Both the position numbers and the translations under genes were made by a program. 64,000 bases of DNA from the human T2T-CHM13v2.0 reference genome, Homo sapiens, in NCBI RefSeq assembly GCF_009914755.1, contig NC_060925.1, one strand, 5' to 3'. Positions within the stretch are counted from its first letter, which is position 1. Each line of letters begins with the position of its first letter. Below are positions 1-13,406 of the stretch, piece by piece. The notes under the pieces are model-generated. The model searched no databases. It had not been told where the DNA came from and saw only the letters and a list, made by a program, of their open reading frames with translations.

Positions 1-1160
1 CTAAGTGCAAAACACAACAGAAGCCACAAAAAAAAGACTGATCCAATCAACTATATACATTTTTTTTTAAGTTTGTAGGGCAAACCAACATAAGTAAATC
101 TAAAAGACAAATGACAAACTAGAAAATACATTTGCATTCACGTCATTAACAGAGAGCTAATTTGGCCTAATATATAAAAAGTAAAGTAAACAAAAAGAAA
201 AAAAAAAAAAAAACTAGAACCCAATAGAACAAATAGGAATGGATATGGGGGAAAAACAGTTCCTTCAAAAGAAAATGAAAATAGATTTTAAACATAAGAA
301 AGAATGTTGAAATCCACTTGTAATAAGAGGAATGAAAGTTAAAATTTCAATGGGACTCCTCTTTTTTTACCTGCAAGATTGCAAACATAAAAAATGATTA
401 TTATGGTGGCAAGGGTTTGTAAAATGTGAACACATAGATTGTTGATGGACGTGTCAGTTAGTACCTCCATGGTGGACAATCTGGCAATATTCATCAAAAC
501 TACCAAGCTCCCCCTGTAATCTCAGCACTTTGGGGGGCCGAGACAGGTGGATCACCTGAGGTCAGGAGTTCGAGACCAGCCTGACCAACGTGGTGAAACC
601 CCGTCTCTACCAAATCTACAAAAATTAGCTGGGAGTGATGGTGAGCCCCTGTAATCTCAGCTACTCAGGAGGCTGAGGCAGGAGAACCACTTGAACCCAG
701 GAAGCAGAGGTTACAGTGAGCTGAGATGGTGCCACTACATTCCAGCCTGGGTGACAGAGCGACACTGTGTCTCAAAAAAAAAAAAGACCAAAGCTCATAT
801 CCTCCTGCACCCAATAGTTCTACTTCTAGGAATGTAACCTGCAGTTATACTCGTATGTACGTTACAAAGGGAAAAGTTTGGAAATGACCTAAATGACCAT
901 TAATCAATTAACTAAATTATAGCTGTATATACACCATGGATACCATGCAGTCACAGAACAAGATCCCTCATGATAGGGAATGATCTCCAAGAGATATTTT
1001 TAAATTGATGAAAGAAGCAAAGTACTAAACGGTATCTAAAATACACTAGAATCTTTTTTAAAAAAATGAAGAAAAATATATGCCTTAATAGAGACTATCT
1101 CTGGAAAGACACAGAAGAAATGAGAAGCATTGGTTGCCTCTGGGAGAAGTCATGACTGGG
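1..1160 (+). mobile_element. Old L1 (L1M/L1ME-type) 3' region fragment, interrupted by Alu
   Basis: A-rich L1 ORF2-end/3'UTR motifs (aacccaatagaa, ctggcaatat, ctacttctaggaat, tggttgcctctggg). Confidence 0.65.
513..785 (+). mobile_element. Alu (S-type), slightly 5'-truncated
   Basis: Alu dimer with A tail; imperfect TSD ACCAA(A)GCTC. Confidence 0.95.
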
Positions 1161-1211
1161 AGGCAGGAATGGCAGGCGCACTATTCCTTGGGTCCTCTTG
1201 GATAACATTGA

Positions 1212-1559
<348 letters not shown>

Positions 1560-2714
1560 TAAGTGTTAGAGAAAAATAAACAAATAAGAAAGAAGTAAAT
1601 GCAGTCCCTTCTGGAGAAGAGAGGAGGAAGAATTGAGACTTTGCATGGAGCCAGAAGAGGAAGCCTGGAGGTGACAGTGAAGAGGCGTCCCCCACCCAGC
1701 CACAGACAGTGACCACCAGGGAACAAAAAGAGGAAGGCTGTAGCTGTTCTGGAAACCTGATGATTCCAAAGGTGAGATGGGAGGGACCTGAGAGTGGATT
1801 TCCAACTATTTCTCTCGTGAGGCCTTGAGATAAAAGCTTTGAGTTATTTTATTAGTAGTACTATTATTACTATTATTATTGGGACCCACAGTTTGATTTT
1901 TATCTGCAGAAAAATACATTCTCTGATAGTCAGGAATTCCCTCCCCAACCTCGCCATCTGGAGCCAAACTTTCTAAACGCTATTTCCCATTCACTTCTTC
2001 CCTTCAAGAAGGCTTTATGACAAGTCAAGGCTCTGTTTCCCATTCTCCTAGTCAACTGTGAGATCCAGACCTGGGCTGAGCTCCATAAAACAAGGGGGGC
2101 TCTATCTGTTCTTGTACTTAATCTTATTCTCCATGCCCTGCAAAGTGCCTGGTACACACATGGCATTCATAAAATGCTGGTTGAACAAACAGAAGAATAA
2201 CTTCAAATACCTTGCGTGCTCCTCTCTCCCACCTCATTCCCATCTTTCCCTTTACTTCGTACTCTTTATGTGAATGCCCTGATTCCTGGGTCTTTCCTTG
2301 CCAAACACATCATTTAGGGATGGTTACACCAGGTCGGCAGCAGCAGCGGCATCACCATCGTCACCTCCACCACCTCTGGATCACTCCCTTGTTGTCAGTA
2401 ACATTACTTTGGATTCCTGGGAAGATCGAATGACTACCAGACCATCTCTGAGGACACCATGCCTGCTGTGTCAGTGAAGAGACCCAGGGAAGAGCAGGGG
2501 AGTTTAGCAAACATGGGACTGTCACTGGGTCTAAGTAGGTGACTTAATCCTAAACCAGACTCAGTTCCTGCCTCAGCAGGGTTGACTCAGCATCGAGTCT
2601 GCACGGGACAAGCATGACCAAGACCAGCCAGGAACAACTGTCATCCTACCACTCGCCGAGACTGTGTACAAACAGTCCACTGCCTGGAGGAGGCAGTGGA
2701 GATGCTACTTCCTG

Positions 2715-2877
2715 AAGTCACATCTACCGACCATCTGACTCAGAATTCCCTGAGGCGCTTGTGGAAAATGCAGATCCTCAGGCTTCACCCCATACCTCCT
2801 GGAGCGGACTGCCACAGTGGAACCCCTGTGTCTGTGTTTTAAACTCCCGGGAAATTCTAACACAGACAGCTGGGAAA
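2715..2877. mobile_element. MER5-like hAT-Charlie element
   Basis: Motifs gaaaatgcagatcctcagg...cacccca...ctgtgttttaaactccc...attcta. Confidence 0.55.
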
Positions 2878-3044
2878 TACACCCCAAGAAACATGTCCCT
2901 AAGAAGTCCATATCTTTTGTCATTTTTTATTTTGAGATAATTTTAAACTTTAGAGAAGAGATTCAGGAATAGTACAAAGGACTCCCGTATCCCCTTCACT
3001 CACCAATTATTGACATTTTGCCGAATTTGCTTCCTCTCTCTCCA

Positions 3045-3103
3045 AATACATATACATATTATTATATATATATAGTCTTATATATATATATTATATATAT
3101 ATA
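3045..3103. repeat. (TA)n-rich microsatellite
   Basis: Seen directly. Confidence 0.85.
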
Positions 3104-3490
3104 GTCAACATGAAATAATCAAAGGGATCAGAATCCAGTTTTAAAGAGTTTATTCAAGCGCAAAGCTGAGAATGGCCATTCAGGTAACTGAACAAAACAG
3201 AAATAGACCCCACAGAAACGGGGTGAGCTCTCTGAAGTTAAAAGCTGTCTTGCTTATATAGGCAAAACAAAGTTTAATAGGACTATGACATTTTCCATAC
3301 AAGGCTGGATTTATGAGTTACAACAATTTAATTAGTTACAGTTTGTTTTCTTTTCTGTATAGCTTGTTTTCCTTTCCAATTTAAAAGAGCATATAGCATC
3401 CTGTCTTTGACAATGTAACAGCATACAGTCTTTGTATGAGAGAGGAGAGGGAGAAGTTAATCTATAATGAAGATTAATAGTTAAGTTACT
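3104..3490 (-). mobile_element. ERV1 (MER4-group) LTR-like fragment
   Basis: Reverse polyA signal (tttatt) near the start and a reverse TATA-like cttatata; layout resembles MER4-group LTRs. Subfamily uncertain. Confidence 0.4.
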
Positions 3491-3596
3491 TCTACAGAAA
3501 GAGAAGCAGCACCCGAAACAGCAAGGTCAACTATCATTTACTGAGCCAGGCACTAAGTTTGTTAAGTGTTTTCTTTCTTTCTCCTTCCTTCATTAG

Positions 3597-4575
<979 letters not shown>

Positions 4576-4699
4576 ACAAATCCCACAAGTGAGGTGCTAT
4601 TATTTTGCAGCTGTAGCAACCAAGGCACAAAGATTGTGGTGCAAGTGAGAAGCAGAAAAAGCATTCTCACTGGGCAGCTGGACTTTAAAATCTGGGCCC

Positions 4700-5556
4700 T
4701 ATCTATTATCATATACCTTATGCTATCAATCATCAGCCGTCTACCATCCACCATCTACCATTCACTGTATTCCATATGCCATTCATCATATACCACATAT
4801 ACCACCTGCCATATGCCATATACCATCTGCCATCCATTATCTACCATTCATCATATACCATATATCACCTCCCATCTACCATCCACCATCCATCATACAC
4901 CACCCACCATATGCCATCTGTCATCTACCATCCACTATCTATTATCCACCATATTCCATATACCATTCATCATATATCATCTACCACCTACCATCCACCA
5001 TCCACCATCTACCATTCACCATGTACTATCTACCATCCACCATCTACCATATTCCATATACCATTCATCATATACCACCTATCATCCACCATCTACCATC
5101 TGCCATCTACCATCCACCATCCTCCACCATTTACCATGCACCATCTACCATATTCCATATACCATTTACCACATACCATGTATCATCCATCATCTACCAT
5201 CTACCATCTACCATCCACCATCCACCATCATGCACCATTTACGATGCACCATCTGCCATCTACCACATACCACTGCCATCTGCCATCCACCATCCATCAC
5301 ATACCACCCACCATCTACCATCTACCATCAATTGTCTATCATCAACCATCTATCATGTACTATCCACCATTCTTCATCTACCATCTGTCATATGCCATTC
5401 ACCATCCACCATCTACCATATACCATGTACCATCCAGCATATACCATCTACTCTCTGTCATCCACCATCTACCATATACTATCAACCATCTAATATCTAC
5501 CATCCACTATCTACCATATACCATCTACCATCTGCTACATACCATATGCCATCTGC
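4700..5556. repeat. ~850-bp degenerate CCAT/ACCATCT-type simple repeat
   Basis: Recurrent ccatcta/ccatcca/ccatata units; almost G-free on the + strand. Confidence 0.9.
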
Positions 5557-6848
5557 TTGGTAGAAACTTCCCCTTCGGGCACTGATGAAAGCTAAGTGAC
5601 CTAAAAGAGTTGGCGTGGCCTTTCCAAGGTAGCTGGTTACAATCAGAGACTAACCCTCTACCCTAATCAGTTGTAATATGGCCACAAATTAGTAGTTGTC
5701 TAACTCTATCTACAATATGAAAGGGAATTTGAACCCAGAACTTACAAAACCAAAGTAAAGTCTAAGAGTTCTTCAATTGATTCGATTCTCTGATTTCCCA
5801 GATTTCAGTGAGGAGGCAGCTGCCAGCCCTGTCATTTCCAAATTGGTTTTCCCATTGGATACATCCACCCAAGGCCCATCTGGTAGTTACTGAAATGTGT
5901 CACAGGGGCAAACAACCAAAGGAAAATAATCATCAGAAAGCAACAGAAACACAAGTGTTTCAACCCTGATGAAATAGTCTTCCCAAGGCTATTTATACTG
6001 CGTCATCTTCAAAAGGTCACCAGGCACTGGATGACTTCATCTATTTACCTTGATTGAGCACAAAGTCCATGTCCTGCTTGTGGCAGTGGCTGCCGTCCCT
6101 GCCCCACACTCACCCCCACGACAGCCATGTTCCTGCTCATGCCCACCCTCCTCCACCCCACACTCACCTAGGGGAGGAAGGGGCCAGGGAAGCCTGCCAC
6201 ATCTGTCAAGACAACCTCCCACCCAGGGTCACAGCAGCAGGTAGCTAGTTTAAATTGTGGTATTTACAACCAAATGAAAGAGGTAAGGAGTCAAGTGGAG
6301 ATCACTGGGAAGTAAACACTGCAAAACCTCCAAAACCAGAAGCCCAGAGGCACATTTTCTTTGGCAATAGGCCAACTATTTGTTCCTTTGGCAAGTGTGG
6401 GGTTTATTTAACTAGAAAAAGAGAGCCTGATTTAATTGTGTGCATGCACGTGTGTGTACATACACACACGGAAGGGGGGTGGTAACGGGGCTCCTCCAGC
6501 TAGTCAGAGTTTCTGCTCTCTTATGTCAGAAAACAGGCCAACACTCTGAAGTCAAAGTCAATTACTGAACATGGGTGTGCTCTTCCTCTTTATTTGCATT
6601 TCTGGAAAGGAAGGGGAGAAGGGGTATAAGTAATCATTGTTAAATGTCTGCTCTGACTGGATAGACGCTAGGCCAGTGGATGTTTACAGCAACAGCCCTC
6701 TGTTAGAAACACATTTCTATTGCAGCCCCGTACACACATACACACACACACATGCATACACACACATTTACACATATAGTTCATGAAAATGATATTAACT
6801 ATTACTACATGTGAGGCACTCTGCTATTTTCTATTCTATTTCTTATGT

Positions 6849-7180
<332 letters not shown>

Positions 7181-7187
7181 TATATCT

Positions 7188-7483
7188 ATTTTTTTTAATT
7201 GAGATGAAGTCTCACTCTGTCACATAGACTGGAGTACAGTGGCACAATCTCAGCTCACTGCAATCTCTGCCTCCTGGGTTCAAGCAATTCTCCCAGTCAG
7301 CCTCTCAAGTAGCTGGGATTACAGGCACGTACCACCACGCCTGGCTAATTTTTTGTGTTTTTAGCAGAGACAGGGTTTCACCATGTTGGCCAGGCTACTC
7401 TCCCAACTCCTGACCTCAAGGGATCTGCCCCCTCGGCTTCCCAAAGTGCTGGGATTACAGGTGTGAGCCACCACGCCCAGCCA
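7188..7483 (-). mobile_element. Alu (S-type)
   Basis: Reverse Alu consensus. Confidence 0.95.
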
Positions 7484-7600
7484 AATTTTTTAATTGAAGT
7501 CTAACATATATACTAAAGTTCATGAATCCCAAGTGTAGAGGTTGATGGATTTTTAAGGGCATTTTATTGTATAACCAACTTTATTAAGATATGATTTATA

Positions 7601-7881
<281 letters not shown>

Positions 7882-8836
7882 ATATGTATATGTGATTTAT
7901 ATACCACAAAATTCACCCACTTAAAGTGTACACAGCTCAGTAGATTTTCGTACGTTTCCAGAGTTGTACAATTATTATCACAATCTAATTTAGAACATTT
8001 ACCTCACCCCATAAAGAAACTTTATACCCAATATCTATTCTAATTTTTTTAATGTCAGTCATAATGAAATGAAATCTATTTCATTCATGGGTCAGAATTG
8101 AGAATTGTAAAATCAATGTAGCTGTTTCAATAAAATGTCTCATTTATTCCTCACAAGACCTCAAAAGCAGGTGTTAACTATGCCCAGGTCACAGAACCGA
8201 GAGGCAGAGAGACGCACAACATGTCCAAGGTCACACACTCGTAAGCAACAGAACTGAAAGTCCAAGCTGGTCCTCCAGGCACCCTTTGGAGTTCTTCCAG
8301 TGGCATTGAGACAGCAAGAGCCGCTGTCTGTCCCCTGAAGGGTGAATGCTGCAGTCACAAAAGCAGGCCGGCCCCACACATATCTTTGCAGTGCTGGGAG
8401 CCACCGCTCGTGGTCAGCAAGGTGATCTCACTGCACAAAACTGATTACAATCAGAAATGCTGCCAGACAACCTGGGCTCAGAGCTCAGCAATGAAATTCA
8501 TAACTGGGCTGAGCTGGGGTGATGCTTAGCACAGCAGGATTCGGAAGATGACTTTGAGAAGCAAACTAATAACAAAAGGCCTTCAGGAAGAATGCTGCCT
8601 CGAATTCTTTTAACCTGGAACAGATGACCATATTTCAGAAGCTGCAAACCATCACATGCATATATGGATATTTTTATAGCATTAAACTATTGTTGTCAAG
8701 TGAAAATTAGAGCAATTTCAGTGACATGCATCAAAAAATCCTACAGAACAATTAATTGTACAGCATGTTATAATGAAGTGCAGATGAAAAGTTCATGTTT
8801 TCTCTCATATCCCAACCCCTCAACGGGTGGAAAGGG

Positions 8837-9206
8837 GTGTGTGTGTGTGCGCGCGCATGTCTGTGTGTGTTTGTGTGTAGTGTGTTTGCATATATGTATG
8901 TTTATGTATATATGGGCATGTTTGTGTGTGAGTGTGTGTAGTGTGTGTTTATGTATATGTGTTTGGTTTGTAGGTATAAGTATGTATATGCATATATTTG
9001 TATGTATGTATTTGTATGTTTTGTGTATATGTTGTATGTGTCTTTGTGCATATGCGTGTTTGTGTATATTTGTGTGCATGCTTGTATTGTGTTTGTGTAT
9101 GTTTGTCTGTGTAGTATGTGTTTGTGTGTGTTTGAGTATATGAGTGTGTTTATGTTTATATGTGTGTTTGAGTGTGTGTGAGATTCTGTGTGTGTGTGTG
9201 TGTGTG
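8837..9206. repeat. Degenerate (TG)n/(TATG)n microsatellite, ~370 bp
   Basis: Seen directly. Confidence 0.9.
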
Positions 9207-10509
9207 CTGCAACAGCAGCCGGGGAAAGGGTTAGGATGCATGGAATGGTGAAGGTGCTGGCCAGCCTTCCACTGCACATGCTATTTAATAAGCATATCTG
9301 ACTCATCCACCACTTGGCTTGTTGGGTGGTAGAGGAGAGTGGAGGTCATTAGGAGAGGAAAGTATATTAGAAATGAGTGTTTTCCTTTCCAATCTAGCCC
9401 TATCCTGTTTCTAGATACCTCTAAGTTATTAAAGCAGGTTCCCTTTAGAGATCTGTTTCCTATTCTATAAGTAGAATTTATGTATTTGTTCAACAAGCAT
9501 TGCCTGAGCACCTTCAGCTGGGACAGACAGCACAAAACTGTTTCATTTTCTCCCAGAAACTCCCTATTGGTTGGCGTCTAGGATCCTGTCTGAGATGTTC
9601 ATGAACATACATTACCAACTTGGATGCTGGGGAAGAACGGAGTTTGGTCCATGCCCAAGAGCCATGCCAAAGAACCAGAAGCCCTACTCCCAATCTGAAC
9701 ACGCCTGTGCTTTGGGCTCAGATAAACTGACATCGCTCTAACTCCCAATCAAAGCCAGGGTTGGGGCCCCATGGAATAGCAGGGGCGGTGGGTGCAGAGC
9801 AGTGGAGCGAGCATCTGATGGGGCAGGGTGCGCACCTCGCCAAAGCTGGGTGTGGCTTTGTCACCCACCATTCTAGGTTAGGCTTGACGTTTCATGGACA
9901 ATTCACAGCAATGGGGGCTCGCTCTGTAAGATGCAGTGCAGGGTTAAGGGGTGCGGATTGATCCCAAAAGAGAACAGAGCTGGTCTTGATAGAGGTTGGA
10001 CCGCCTTAGAGCACAGGATGCTGGCACTGAAAAGCAGTGACAGGGCTGGGGTGCAGTTCAGGGCAGCTGGGCCCGGCCAGCAGCAGCTCATGGCTGGCGT
10101 CCTCAGCAGCCTCTGATCCCAGTGATGGCGTGACCAGGTCTCCCCTAGGAAATGGGTTCTTTTGAACTTTTCAGAGGTATGAAGGAAAGCCTCCCTTTTT
10201 ATGAGTTCTGCTGCAGGCAGAGGAAGTGGCTGTGTGCAGAGGAGAGCAATTAGAGGCAAAGGTCGGCAAACTGCTCACCAGGCAGGGCATGCTGCAGCCT
10301 GTCGGGGATGGATGGGGTGTGGGCCAAGGCTCTAGTGCCCTCCTGCTGTGGGATCTGGGTGCGGGGAGGAGCTCCTGGACAAAGGCAGGAAGCCACTTCA
10401 AGGTATCCCCATTTGGGATGAATCCACTTTGACCCCACTTGCCACAGTACTCTGGAAGACAGTGGCTTGGTCCAGCTCCCCATTCATCCAGTGTTGTTAG
10501 GAATGTCTA

Positions 10510-10886
<377 letters not shown>

Positions 10887-12920
10887 TTAGTTCTTTTTTT
10901 CCCCAGCAATTCTGCGTCCCAAAGTGCCCTATCACATCCTAGAGCCACACAGCTCTCCTGCGGGGATCTAGACCAAGATTAACACATGACGTGCTGCATC
11001 CCACAAGGTGGACACCCCTTCCAGTGTGCCCAGGATTGAGTGGCTTCCTGGGATGCAGGACTTTCAGGGCTAAAGCCAGAACAAACTGGTCCCCTACCCA
11101 CATGACCCTTATCCCTCCAGAAAGAGACCCAGGCCTTCAAAGGAAACAAACTAAGCTACCCCTGTGGACAGAAGGCACCTAGACCAGCCCCCCAGTTGGA
11201 AGACAGACCCAGCATCATTTGAAGATTAGAGGTGTGGAACCTTCCAGACTAGTCCCCAACCAAACCACTGGTGCCAATCCAGGCCTGAATGGTCCCCTAA
11301 GCCAGGCTGAGCCGAGCCTGGGCACTGAGCTGTACCCTCCTCTGAGCCAGCTGAGGTTGTGTCCCCATCCCACCCACCCACCCTCTCTGGGATCCCAGGT
11401 CCCTAGAGCAACTCTTGTCACATCTGACCAGGTAGGTGCCTGGGTATGGTGAGGATGCACACCATCCAGGGTGATGCCCACATGGCACTGCCAGTTCTGT
11501 GCATCGGGCTATGAAGAACACTCTCGTGGGGTTTATTTTTGCTGACATCTCTTAGCCCTGGTAGGGTGGAGTGGGGTTGGGGATGGGTGCAGTGTGAGCA
11601 AATTGTGGCTAATTTTGCTTCTGCTGACCAAGAGACTAGATGAGGTTTATAGAATGCACGTAAAAAGCTGAGGGAAGTGGAATGGGGTTTCCACTGGCCT
11701 TCTTTTCACCCTGTGGGTGGCTCAGCCTCCCCTCTGTATATCCCAGCCCTATGCCTACAGAGGCTCCCTTGTACCCACAGGCGTTGGTCTCAGGCCTGGA
11801 TACAGGGAAATGAAGAGCATGGAGAAAAAGTGAGCAGGAAGGGAGAAGAAAAGGAGGTGGATGGGTAAGGAGAGAAAAGACAGGGCCCCAAACTTGCCTC
11901 AGTGCCCTGAGTAAAGATGCTTACCAATTCCTAAATACCGCAGTGGCTAAGAGCTCTACATCTATCAGCCACATGCTGACTCCTCCAACAACTCTAGAAG
12001 CCAGGCTGGCTTCTGTCCCATTTTTACATAAAAAGAAACTGCCTCAGAGAAGCTGAGCAATTTACCCACAGTAACACAGCAGTCAGTCTCATCACAGGGA
12101 GGCGTGACTGCAAAGCTCTCAGCAGCGATAATATACAGCTTTCTGTCTTTTAAACTTCTATTTGTAGAAGTACACGGTGAATCTCCATGCCAAGGAAGCT
12201 TTCTATCATCCTAACTGAAAGACCTACAGGCACCGAACTCATTAACAGAAGTACCTGGGGAGTCAGAACCCCTCGCCTGAGTGCTGGGAACGGCTGATGC
12301 GCGCCCCCTGCCGGCTGTTCCGAAAACAATCAAATAACGTGAGGCTGGCAGCCTGGACCGGGATGCTTCACAAAGAAACGAGAAAACGGCAGCCATGCTG
12401 AGACTGTTCTGGATTTGGAATATGCAATTCTGGAGACAAGAGAGAAAAGAGAGGAGTAATTCAAAACGGCTAGTTCCCTAGAGGAATGTTTGAGAGAGTG
12501 GTTGTAAAATGCAAATGGCCTTTCAGCTTGAAAATTTGCAGTGGCAGGTAGATTCACACAACCTGAATTCAGAATACAAAGAAAAGGCAAGAAATGAGAT
12601 GTAATCCTTGACTAAAAATAAAAACAATCACAAAAGCCATACATAGATATATAGAAAATGTTGACAAAAACAATATTTGAGTGCTTACTATGAGCCAAGT
12701 ACCATTCTAAGAGCTTTGCCTTTATTATCTCATCTAAGCTTCATAGCAATTCTATGAAATAATACTGATTTATCAGATGTGGAAAATAGGGCATACAGAT
12801 GTAAAGCAACTTGTATAAGGCCAAACAGCTAGAAAGTAGCAGTACTTTACAGGGATAGATACAGTAAACAAAAGGCAGGTGGAAGAGGGATTACAGGTTG
12901 CTCTTATCCAGAGTGGTTGC

Positions 12921-13030
12921 AGCCAGGTGCAGTAGCATGTGCCTGTAACCCCAGCTACTTGAGAGGCTGAGACAGGAGGACCTTTTGAGCTCAGGAGTTT
13001 GAATCCAGCCTGGGCAATATAGCTAGACGC
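12921..13030 (+). mobile_element. FLAM-like Alu monomer
   Basis: Single Alu arm. Confidence 0.8.
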
Positions 13031-13080
13031 CCTCCCCCTTCCCACCCCCCCGCCGCCGCCATATCTAAAAAATAAAAAAT

Positions 13081-13368
13081 GTCAGGCGTGGTGGCTCACA
13101 CCTGTAATCCCTACACTTTGGAAGGCCGAGACTGGAGAATTACTTGAGCCCAAGAATTCAAGACCAGCCTGGGCAACATAGCAAGACCTCTCCCCACCCC
13201 TATATGTACAAAAAAATTTTTAAAAATTAGCCAGGCATGGTGGTGCTCCTGTAGCCCCAGCTTCAGGAGACTGAGGGGGGAGAATCACTTGAGACCAGGA
13301 GGTTGAGGCTGCAGTGATCACGCCACTGCATTCAGCCTTGGTGACAGAGTGAGACCCTGTCTCAAAAA

Positions 13369-13403
<35 letters not shown>

Positions 13404-13406
13404 AAA
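13081..13406 (+). mobile_element. AluJ with (TAAA)n tail
   Basis: Dimer; (AAAT)n 13366-13405. Confidence 0.9.

Noticed and set aside
4594-5585. 299-, 269- and 180-aa His/Pro/Thr-rich ORFs
   Set aside because: They are translations of a G-poor simple repeat that rarely forms stop codons; all three frames are open.
8664-9306. Cys/Val-rich and His/Thr-rich ORFs
   Set aside because: Translations of the TG microsatellite.
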